A stretch of DNA of 64,000 bases from NCBI GenBank assembly GCA_963762215.1, contig CAVXKB010000013.1:34141-98140 (forward strand). Reading direction: 5' to 3'. The DNA is from an uncultured Actinomycetota bacterium (lineage in GTDB: Bacteria > Actinomycetota > Thermoleophilia > Gaiellales > Gaiellaceae). A program made the translations under genes and the position numbers. Each line of letters starts with the position of its first letter. Position 1 is the stretch's first letter. The notes under the pieces are model-generated. The model was not told where the DNA came from. It saw only the letters and a list, made by a program, of their open reading frames with translations, and made no database searches. Of the stretch, positions 46,049 to 53,423 are shown in pieces.

Positions 46049-46891
46049 ATGGCTGTTCGTACCAGGCGTTATTCGGTTCTGATCGCTGTGTTTGCCTTCG
46101 CCGCGGTGGTATTGCCGAGCGGCTATGCAGCGCGGGCTGCGGGCGGCCTCCCGACGCTCTACGTGAGCTACAACATGAACTGCATGTTCGCCGTGACCGA
46201 CGACAGCGGCAAGTCGGTCACGACGATCCCGCCCGGCACCTACCAGGTTCAGATCACGACGCCGGTCGTCTTCGCCGACGTCGACCTGTCCGGGATCTAC
46301 GACATGACGGCGTGCCAGAGCTTCGTGCAGTTCCAGATCACCGGGCCCGGAGTCAACATCTCGACGACGCTGCAGGACGGGGACGAGGACTACGGCGTGT
46401 ACAGCGCGACGTTCAAGCCCGGCTCGACCTACACCGCATCCGATCTCAATCAGCCGTCGGTCGCAAAGCTCGTGTTCCAGACCGCCGCGTCGGGCTCTCC
46501 GGTGATCCCGACGAGCCCGGTCACGGGCAGCACGACGGGGAAGGGCTCGTCACAGTCGGACCTGATCGGCTCCAAGAGCAACACCGGTTCCTCGGCCGCG
46601 ACGCTCTCGCGGGGGACGCTGACGGCGTCCGTAAGCGCGGTGGGCAAGGTCACGCTGAGCTACCAGGGCCGGCTCGTGAGCTCGCTCAAGGCCGGTCTCT
46701 ACACGGTGTCCGTCACCGACTCGAGCAAGAAGAGCGGCTTCGTCATCCAGCAGAGCCACAAGCTGGCGACCTCGGTCAGCACGGCGCCGTTCACGGGCAA
46801 GAAAAGCAAGACCCTCGATTTGAGCAAGGGCCAATGGTTCTTCTACCCGTCATTCATCGGGCAGAAGACGTATTTCATCGTCACGGGATGA
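46049..46891 (+). CDS. Secreted tandem cupredoxin-like protein, family C (C3)
   Basis: Signal peptide MAVRTRRYSVLIAVFAFAAVVLPSGYAARA. FQITGPGVN...GSTYTASDLNQPS. Linker. The C-domain is nearly identical to C1 (GLYTVSVTDSSKKSGFVIQQSHKLATSVSTAPFTGKKSK...GQWFFYPSFIGQKTYFIVTG). Confidence 0.7.
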   Translation: MAVRTRRYSVLIAVFAFAAVVLPSGYAARAAGGLPTLYVSYNMNCMFAVTDDSGKSVTTIPPGTYQVQITTPVVFADVDLSGIYDMTACQSFVQFQITGPGVNISTTLQDGDEDYGVYSATFKPGSTYTASDLNQPSVAKLVFQTAASGSPVIPTSPVTGSTTGKGSSQSDLIGSKSNTGSSAATLSRGTLTASVSAVGKVTLSYQGRLVSSLKAGLYTVSVTDSSKKSGFVIQQSHKLATSVSTAPFTGKKSKTLDLSKGQWFFYPSFIGQKTYFIVTG

Positions 46892-46969
46892 GGAAAAGAG
46901 TCCCCTCCGGGCGCAGACATCGACGCCCGCCAGAGCTACAATCGAAGAGATTCTGACAGGGAGGTTGTC

Positions 46970-47803
46970 GTGAGGTCGTTTCGCATTCGCAGTCTGTGGG
47001 GCCTGGTAGCAGCGCTGGCGGTAGCAGCGATCCTTGTGCCCATCGGAAGCTCGAAGACGGCGATGCATGCGGGGGTTCCGACGATCTACGTGCAGTACGC
47101 GATGAACTGCACGTTCTCGTTCGTCGACGACAGCGGCCACCCGATCACGTCGATCGCGCCCGGCACCTACGAGGTCGAGGTCTCGACGCCGATCATGTTC
47201 AAGCTCGTCGACACGCTCAATCAGGCTCCGGGCGACTTCACCGGCTGCAGGGGCTGGGTCCAGTTCCAGATGACGGGCCCCGGCGTCAACCTCTCGACCA
47301 CGCTCGACACGGGCTGCGACAGCAATTACCTGCTCCCGGAGACGACCTTCAAGGCCGGTCAGACCTACAACGCGGTCGACCTGAACCAGCCGAGCGTCGC
47401 GCACGCCACGCTCACCGTCCTGAACGCGGGGCAGCTGCCGAGCCCGACGAGCCCGTACGGCACCGGCACCGGCAAGGGCTCGACCTCGCAGGACATCGTC
47501 GGGTCGCTGCAGCCGAAGACGAAGGTCAAGGCGACGCTGACGGGCTCCCTGAGCTCCACCGGCGCCCTCGTCCTGAAGACCGGCGGGAAGACGATCTCGA
47601 CGCTCACGCCGGGTCGCTACCGGTTCGTGATCACCGACAAGGATCCGAAGGCAGGGTTCATGCTCGCCGGCGGCAAGGTGACCAAGACGCTGTCGGCCTC
47701 GGGCTTCGTCGGCAGGCACACGACGCTCGTTACGCTGACGGCAGGACACTGGACGTATTCCGCCAGTCCTGGCAAGGGATACTCCTTCACCGTCTCCGGC
47801 TGA
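46970..47803 (+). CDS. Secreted tandem cupredoxin-like protein, family C (C4)
   Basis: GTG start with signal peptide. FQMTGPGVN...GQTYNAVDLNQPS. Linker. GRYRFVITDKDPKAGFML...AGHWTYSASPGKGYSFTVSG. Confidence 0.7.
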   Translation: MRSFRIRSLWGLVAALAVAAILVPIGSSKTAMHAGVPTIYVQYAMNCTFSFVDDSGHPITSIAPGTYEVEVSTPIMFKLVDTLNQAPGDFTGCRGWVQFQMTGPGVNLSTTLDTGCDSNYLLPETTFKAGQTYNAVDLNQPSVAHATLTVLNAGQLPSPTSPYGTGTGKGSTSQDIVGSLQPKTKVKATLTGSLSSTGALVLKTGGKTISTLTPGRYRFVITDKDPKAGFMLAGGKVTKTLSASGFVGRHTTLVTLTAGHWTYSASPGKGYSFTVSG

Positions 47804-47870
47804 CGCGGCCGGTCTTCCCGGCCTCCGTCTGCCCTGGAACGGATCGGCTCGATTGGAGGTAAGGGAGAAA

Positions 47871-48047
47871 ATGGAGAACACCGAAGGGACAGTGCGTCGG
47901 GTGGTCCCGAAGACGCTCCGGAAGCACCTGTTCCTGACCGCGTTCGTCGTGCTCGCCCTGATCGGCGGCGCGATCCGCCTGCTCCCGACGAGCTTGGCTG
48001 CCGCCGCGCCGGGCTCCAGTAACTCGACGGCCTGCTCGGCGAAATGA
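47871..48047 (+). CDS. Small single-TM protein, first gene of the YedE-desulfurase operon
   Basis: GGAGGTAAGGGAGA precedes ATG 47871. MENTEGTVRRVVPKTLRKHLFLTAFVVLALIGGAIRLL...STACSAK. Its stop overlaps the next start (ATGA at 48044-48047). Confidence 0.5.
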   Translation: MENTEGTVRRVVPKTLRKHLFLTAFVVLALIGGAIRLLPTSLAAAAPGSSNSTACSAK

Positions 48048-48574
48048 CCGCCGGCACCGTGACACCGCCGCGCGCGAGCGTCGGCCCGAGCCTGCGCACC
48101 TGGTTCGGCCGGCTCCCCCGCTCGCCCATCTTCTACGGCATCGCCGTCGCCGTGATCGCCGGCGTCGCGGGCCAGTGGCTCTCGATCTCGCCGCCCGCCG
48201 CGTACGGCATCTGCTCGGCGTGCCACGGGCGCGATCTCGTCGACTGGACGCTGAACCACATCGAGGGCACCAAGCTGTACGTGACCGCAGCGGGTGCGAA
48301 CTGGCCCGTGCTGACCGTGATCGGGCTGGTGCTCGGCTCGTTCGCCGCCTCCAAGCGCAACGGCGAGTTCGCCTCGATCGACCTCGGTGGGAACGCGCGC
48401 CAGTTCGTGCTCGGCTTCATCGTCATGGGCGCCTGCCTGTTCGTCGGCGGCTGCCCGACCCGGATCATCATCCGCACCGGCTACGGCGACGTCGCTGCTG
48501 CACTGACCCTTGCCGGGATCGCCGGGGGCGTCGTGATCGCGACCCTCTCGATGCGGTGGGTGGCGCGGCGATGA
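48044..48574 (+). CDS. YeeE/YedE-family (sulfur/selenium transport-type) membrane protein, N-terminal-half homolog
   Basis: 176 aa, about 4 TM. Cys motifs AYGICSACHGRD and LFVGGCPTRIIIR are typical of the two re-entrant Cys loops of YeeE/YedE halves. Confidence 0.7.
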   Translation: MTAGTVTPPRASVGPSLRTWFGRLPRSPIFYGIAVAVIAGVAGQWLSISPPAAYGICSACHGRDLVDWTLNHIEGTKLYVTAAGANWPVLTVIGLVLGSFAASKRNGEFASIDLGGNARQFVLGFIVMGACLFVGGCPTRIIIRTGYGDVAAALTLAGIAGGVVIATLSMRWVARR

Positions 48575-49008
48575 TCGTCTCGATCTCCTCGCTCGGCGTC
48601 GGCCTGATCATCGGCTACCTCGGCCAGCGCTCCCGGATGTGCTCGATCGGCGGCCTCCGCGACTGGGTGCTCGTCCGCGACACGGCCCTCCTGAAAGGCG
48701 TAGCCGCGATGCTCGTTGCGTCGTGGGTCGTCTTCGGGGTCATCCGCCAGATCTCGGGCTCGAGCGCCGGACGCGGGCTGCTCGCCGCCGCGACCACGCC
48801 GAGCGGGCTCCGCGCGGTCGCCGCGATCCTCATCGGCGGCCTGCTGCTCGGCTTCTTCACGACGCTCTCGGGTGCCTGCCCGCTGCGCCAGCACGTGCTG
48901 GCCGGTCAGGGCCGAGTCGGTGCCTGGTCCTTCCTCGGCGGCTTCTACATCGCCGCGGTCGTCTACACGAGCTGGATCTCGCCGCACATCGGCGGGTGGA
49001 TCCTGTGA
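48571..49008 (+). CDS. YeeE/YedE-family membrane protein, C-terminal-half homolog
   Basis: ATGA overlap at 48571-48574. 145 aa. Matching Cys motifs GQRSRMCSIGGLRD and TLSGACPLRQHV. Confidence 0.7.
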   Translation: MIVSISSLGVGLIIGYLGQRSRMCSIGGLRDWVLVRDTALLKGVAAMLVASWVVFGVIRQISGSSAGRGLLAAATTPSGLRAVAAILIGGLLLGFFTTLSGACPLRQHVLAGQGRVGAWSFLGGFYIAAVVYTSWISPHIGGWIL

Positions 49009-50192
49009 GGGACGTGTACCTCGACAACGCCGCGACCTCGTGGCCGAAGCCGCCGGGCGTCCTCGAGGCGATCACCGACTTCTTCCAGCATGCGGGCGGC
49101 AACACCGGCCGGTCCGGGCACCGCCGCTCGATCGCCTCGTCGCGCGCCGTCAGCCTCGCCCGTGAGCGCCTTGCCGACCTGCTGGGCGCCGAGACCCCCG
49201 ACGACCTGGTCTTCACGAAGAACGCGACCGAGGCGCTGAACCTGGCGATCCTCGGCCTCGCGGCCGGCGTCACCCGGGCGGTGACGACCTCACTCGAGCA
49301 CAACTCGGTGATGCGCCCGCTTCGCGAGCTCGAGCGCCAGGGCCGCTGCTCGATCGACATCGTCCGCGCCGACGGGAACACCGGCGAGATCGACCTCGAC
49401 GAGTGGGCTGCACGGCTCGACGGGCCCGACGCGTGCCTGGCGATCGCGACGCACGCATCGAACGTGACCGGCGTGTTGCTCCCTGTCGGCGAGCTTGCAG
49501 CGATCGCCGCCGAGCGGAATCGCCCCTTCGTCGTCGACGCCTCGCAGAGCGCGGGGCACATCCCGCTCGACGTTACGGCGCTCGGCGCCTCGGCGGTGGC
49601 GATGCCCGGGCACAAGGGCCTCCTTGGGCCGTCCGGCACCGGGCTGCTCCACCTCTCGCCGGGCATCGACATCGAGCCGCTGATCCGCGGCGGCACGGGC
49701 AGCCAGTCCGAGCTCGAGGTGCAGCCGGACTTCGCACCGGACAAGTACGAGAGCGGGACTCTGAACGCGATCGGGATCGTCGGTCTCGGGGCCGCGGCGG
49801 AGTATCTGGCCGAGGTCGGCGTCGCGAGCGTCCAGGCCCGGCTCACGGAGCTCAGCCGCCGCTTCGTCGACGGGCTTTCGGACATTCCCGGCGTCACGAT
49901 CTACGGCCCCGCCGACCCCGGCGACAGCGTCGGGATCGTCTCCCTGAACCTCGAGGCCATCCCCTGCGCGACCGTCGCTCGTCTGATCGACGACGAATGG
50001 GGCGTGATGACGCGCGCCGGGCTGCACTGCTCTCCTGCTGCGCACAGGAGCCTCGGGACGGCCCCGGACGGGACACTGCGCTTCTCCTGGGGCTTCGACA
50101 CGAGCGACGAGGACATCGACATCGCGGTCGAGGCACTCCGCACGGTCGCCGACCGGAACCGGAACGCGACGCCCGCGGGGAGCGTCGCTTGA
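49005..50192 (+). CDS. Class V PLP-dependent cysteine desulfurase / selenocysteine lyase-like enzyme
   Basis: GTGA overlap at 49005-49008. VYLDNAATSWPKP start. THASNVTG. DASQSAGH. PLP-Lys in AMPGHKGLLGPSGTG. Active-site Cys in TRAGLHCSPAAH. Confidence 0.85.
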   Translation: MRDVYLDNAATSWPKPPGVLEAITDFFQHAGGNTGRSGHRRSIASSRAVSLARERLADLLGAETPDDLVFTKNATEALNLAILGLAAGVTRAVTTSLEHNSVMRPLRELERQGRCSIDIVRADGNTGEIDLDEWAARLDGPDACLAIATHASNVTGVLLPVGELAAIAAERNRPFVVDASQSAGHIPLDVTALGASAVAMPGHKGLLGPSGTGLLHLSPGIDIEPLIRGGTGSQSELEVQPDFAPDKYESGTLNAIGIVGLGAAAEYLAEVGVASVQARLTELSRRFVDGLSDIPGVTIYGPADPGDSVGIVSLNLEAIPCATVARLIDDEWGVMTRAGLHCSPAAHRSLGTAPDGTLRFSWGFDTSDEDIDIAVEALRTVADRNRNATPAGSVA

Positions 50193-50449
50193 TCTGGGGT
50201 GGTGTGGTGTCCTTCTTCGCATCGGAGCACGCAATGAGGTCGGAGCGCCTGATGCAGAGGGCCGGCATCCAGGCGAGGCTCGTTCCCGGGCCGCGGGAGG
50301 TCAGCCCGAACTGCGGCGTCGCGGTTGCGTTCCGGTGGGAGGACGAGCCCGAGGTCGAGCAGTTGCTGAAGGACGCCAAGATCCGGTACGAGGCAGTCCA
50401 CCATTTCGATCTAGACGACGGCCTGACGGCCGAGGAGGCGGCATCGTGA
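50189..50449 (+). CDS. DUF3343-family small protein (putative S/Se carrier-like)
   Basis: TTG 50189 overlaps the desulfurase stop (TTGA); alternative GTG starts at 50204/50207. VVSFFASEHAMRSERLMQRAGIQARLVPGPREVSPNCGVAVAF matches the DUF3343 pattern with its conserved Cys-Gly. Confidence 0.7.
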   Translation: MIWGGVVSFFASEHAMRSERLMQRAGIQARLVPGPREVSPNCGVAVAFRWEDEPEVEQLLKDAKIRYEAVHHFDLDDGLTAEEAAS

Positions 50450-51405
50450 ACCGTAAGCGCGTAACAATTCTCGTGATCGTCCTGGTGGTGATCGGAGCGA
50501 TCGTGGGGATCGGAGCCATCTCGCGCTCGACCGGCTCGGACACCACCGCGAGTGCGAGCACCGGTGCTGTAACAGGCGCCGCCGTGCCGTCGTCGCTCTG
50601 GTACTGGACGATGGCCGTCTCCCCCACGGACCCGAACGCGCTCGTGGTCGGAACCGCGAACGGCCTCTACCGCTCGACCGACGGCGGCAAGACGTGGACG
50701 CCGACCGGTCCGAAGAACTTCAACGCGACGAGCGTCGTGCAGGTCGGAAGCTCGCTCTACGCCGGCGGCGCGCACGCGACCCCGACGACGAGCCCGGTCG
50801 TCAAGACCGGCGCGACCAGGGCCGCCACGAGCGGCGCCGCCGTCTTCGCCGTCAGCACCGACGGCGGCCAGACCTGGAAGGTCCAGCACCCCGCCGGCCT
50901 TCCGAACGCGGCCGTGCAGGCGTTCGCGGTCGACCCGGCCAACACCCAGAACTTCTATGCGGTCCTCACGAGCGGCAAGGTGTACCTCTCGTCGAACGGC
51001 GCGAAGTCGTTCAAGCTCTCGTCGCCGAAGATCGGGATCCCGCCCTGGGCGGTCGCGATCATGAAGGGCGGCCAGTTCGCCGGCGGCGACATGGACACGG
51101 GCCCGTATCTCAGCTCGAACGGCACGACCTGGAAGAAGACGACCTACACCGACTCGCGCGGAACCAAGATGGTCATGGAGTACGCCGTCGACCCGACCGA
51201 CACGACGAAGGTGCTGATGACGAGCTTCGGGATCGAGATCTCGACGGACAGCGGCAAGACCTGGCACACGGCACTCAAGTCGTCGACGATGTTCGGGCCG
51301 ATCGCCTACTCGGCATCCAAGCCGGACGTTGCCTACGCGATCGGGTTCGACAGCTCGATCTGGCGCTCCGACGACGGCGGCAAGAGCTGGACGCAGGTGA
51401 AGTGA
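50446..51405 (+). CDS. Membrane-anchored BNR/Asp-box repeat beta-propeller protein
   Basis: GTGA overlap at 50446-50449. Anchor VTILVIVLVVIGAIVGIGAI. Asp-boxes STDGGKTW, STDGGQTW, STDSGKTW and SDDGGKSW. Confidence 0.75.
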   Translation: MNRKRVTILVIVLVVIGAIVGIGAISRSTGSDTTASASTGAVTGAAVPSSLWYWTMAVSPTDPNALVVGTANGLYRSTDGGKTWTPTGPKNFNATSVVQVGSSLYAGGAHATPTTSPVVKTGATRAATSGAAVFAVSTDGGQTWKVQHPAGLPNAAVQAFAVDPANTQNFYAVLTSGKVYLSSNGAKSFKLSSPKIGIPPWAVAIMKGGQFAGGDMDTGPYLSSNGTTWKKTTYTDSRGTKMVMEYAVDPTDTTKVLMTSFGIEISTDSGKTWHTALKSSTMFGPIAYSASKPDVAYAIGFDSSIWRSDDGGKSWTQVK

Positions 51406-51481
51406 GGCAAACCGCGCGGGTTGCTGGAGCGGAATAGCGGAGGTAGGCTCATTCGAGCGAACGGATCGAGGAGGGCGTGAG

Positions 51482-52114
51482 ATGGAGCTTCGAGCTCTGA
51501 AGGTTCGCTTGGTCGCGATCATGGTCGTGACCGGCTTCTGTGTGGCGACGGCGGTCGCCACGGCAGCACTCGTGTCGGTGCGGAGCTCCCAGAACGGCTC
51601 CCTCGGCGCGATCCTGGTCAGCTCGAGCGGCCGGACGCTCTACCACCTGTCGTCCGAGAAAGGCACGATCAAGTGCACCGGCACGTGCGCGGCCGAGTGG
51701 CCGCCGCTCCTGATCGGAGCGGGCGCGAAGCCGATCGCGCAGCCTGGCGTGACCGCGAAGCTGCTCGGGACGATCAAGCGCCCCGACGGCAAGACCCAGG
51801 TCACCTACCGCGGCCTGGCTCTCTACACGTACGCCGGCGACAAGAAGGCCGGCGACGTGAAGGGGCAGGGCGAAGGCGGCATCTGGCATGCGATCGCACC
51901 TTCCGGGGTGATCATCACCAAGGCTGTCAGCACGTCGACGTCGACCGGGACCACCTCGGGCTCCAACACGAGCGCAGGCTCCGGGTCGGGATCGGGCTCC
52001 GGCAGCGGCTCGAGTGGAAGCTCCGGCTCGAACTCCGGCGGCAGCAGCGGCGGCGGCACCTCTACGCTGCCGGCCGGCTGCGACACGAACCCCGGCGGCT
52101 ACGGCTGCATGTAG
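51482..52114 (+). CDS. Secreted protein with Yx(FWY)xxD repeat (COG4315-type) and Gly/Ser-rich Cys-terminated tail
   Basis: GRTLYHLSSEKGTIKCTGTCAAEWPPL and GLALYTYAGDKKAGDVKGQG are the two family repeats. The tail is SGSGSGSGSGSSGSSGSNSGGSSGGG...PAGCDTNPGGYGCM. Confidence 0.7.
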   Translation: MELRALKVRLVAIMVVTGFCVATAVATAALVSVRSSQNGSLGAILVSSSGRTLYHLSSEKGTIKCTGTCAAEWPPLLIGAGAKPIAQPGVTAKLLGTIKRPDGKTQVTYRGLALYTYAGDKKAGDVKGQGEGGIWHAIAPSGVIITKAVSTSTSTGTTSGSNTSAGSGSGSGSGSGSSGSSGSNSGGSSGGGTSTLPAGCDTNPGGYGCM

Positions 52115-52142
52115 CGCCGACGCGGGCAAGCGCGGTACTCGC

Positions 52143-52171
52143 GGGCCGGGACGACATCGTCGTCCCGGCCC
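52143..52171. terminator. 13-bp hairpin between convergent genes
   Basis: GGGCCGGGACGAC-atc-GTCGTCCCGGCCC lies between the stops at 52114 (+) and 52181 (-). Confidence 0.65.
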
Positions 52172-52180
52172 GTCTCACCT

Positions 52181-53389
52181 CTAGGCGATGCGCTTCCCGG
52201 GGCAGCCGGTGTGGACCGCGGCGTCGCACGTGCGCCCATTCACCATCGTCACCGAGTTCGAGCCGGCGTTCGTGACGTAGACCGTGTTCGTCACCTCGTC
52301 GACGGCGACGCGGCGCGGGCTGATGCCGACCGGTGCGACCGCGGCAGCCTGGCTGCAGCCGGACCGCACGGCCGCGTTGCAGGTCGATCCGTCGATCACG
52401 CTGATCGTGTTCGCGGCGGTGTTCGCGACGTAGATGGTGTCGGTGACCGCGTTGACCGCGATCCCCCGCGCTCCGACGCCGGCGGCAATGCGGGAGGGCG
52501 GTACCCGGCAGCCGCTCCTCACCTTGCCGTTGCAGGTGCGCCCGTCGATCACCGAGACATCGTTCGAGGCCTGGCCGGTGACGTAGATCGTGTCCGTGCG
52601 CGCGTTCACGGCGATGCCGCCGGGGAAGCTGCCGACGCTCACGGTCGCCGGCCGGCGCCCGCAGCCCGTGACGATCTCGGCATTGCAGGCGCGCGAATCG
52701 ATCACCGCGACGGTCGGCGCACCGAGATCGGCGACGTACACCGTGCCGTCGGTGACCGCGACGGCGAACGGCGCCGGCCCGACCGGGATCGAGGCCCGCA
52801 CGTGGTGGCAGCCGCTCCTCACCGTGGCGTTGCAGTGCCGGCCGTCGATCACCGAGACGGTGTTCGAGACACTGTTCGCGACGTAGATCGTGTGCGTCTT
52901 CTCGTCGACCGCGAGGAACTGCGGGTTCACACCGACGCGAACGCTCGCCGGCTCGACGTGGCAGCCGGAGGTATTCGCGGCATTGCAGTGCCGGGCATCG
53001 ACGACCGCGACCGTCCCGGATGCGTTCGCCACGTACACCGTGTCGCTCGTGCGGTCGACGGCGATCCCGATCGGGTCGACGCCCGCGGTGACCGCGGTCA
53101 CATGTCGGTTGCAGCCATGCGCGTTGCCGCCATTGCAGCTCTTGCCGTCGATCAGCGAGAGCGTGCCGGTGGTGCCGTTTCCGACGTAGATGGTGTCGGT
53201 GGCCGTGTCGAGGGCGATCCCGGTCGGGAAGCCGCCGACCTGGATCTCGGGATGCGACAGGGCGGCACGGGTCGCACCCGGGGCGGCCGGCAGCCCGAGA
53301 ACGAGCGCCGCGACCCCGAGCAGCCCGGCGATCGCCCGCGATCGCGCGCGGTGCCGGGTGATCGGGTGAGTGATTGGGCGTGCGCTCAT
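52181..53389 (-). CDS. Secreted YVTN-type seven-bladed beta-propeller protein with one Cys pair per blade
   Basis: Signal peptide. Seven ~43-aa repeats of the form P-x-GIAVD-x-x-TDTIYVAN-x-x-x-NTVSVIDGR-x-CNA-x-x-x-SGC. Confidence 0.8.
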   Translation of the reverse strand: MSARPITHPITRHRARSRAIAGLLGVAALVLGLPAAPGATRAALSHPEIQVGGFPTGIALDTATDTIYVGNGTTGTLSLIDGKSCNGGNAHGCNRHVTAVTAGVDPIGIAVDRTSDTVYVANASGTVAVVDARHCNAANTSGCHVEPASVRVGVNPQFLAVDEKTHTIYVANSVSNTVSVIDGRHCNATVRSGCHHVRASIPVGPAPFAVAVTDGTVYVADLGAPTVAVIDSRACNAEIVTGCGRRPATVSVGSFPGGIAVNARTDTIYVTGQASNDVSVIDGRTCNGKVRSGCRVPPSRIAAGVGARGIAVNAVTDTIYVANTAANTISVIDGSTCNAAVRSGCSQAAAVAPVGISPRRVAVDEVTNTVYVTNAGSNSVTMVNGRTCDAAVHTGCPGKRIA

Positions 53390-53423
53390 CGGCCGGGTTG
53401 CCCCGGCCGCATCTTCGCCGATC

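Noticed and set aside
48175-49008. A 277-aa ORF spanning both YedE halves in a third frame.
   Set aside because: Only its last ~145 codons (from ATG 48571) look like membrane protein. The upstream part is Arg-rich nonsense overlapping the well-formed 48044-48574 ORF.
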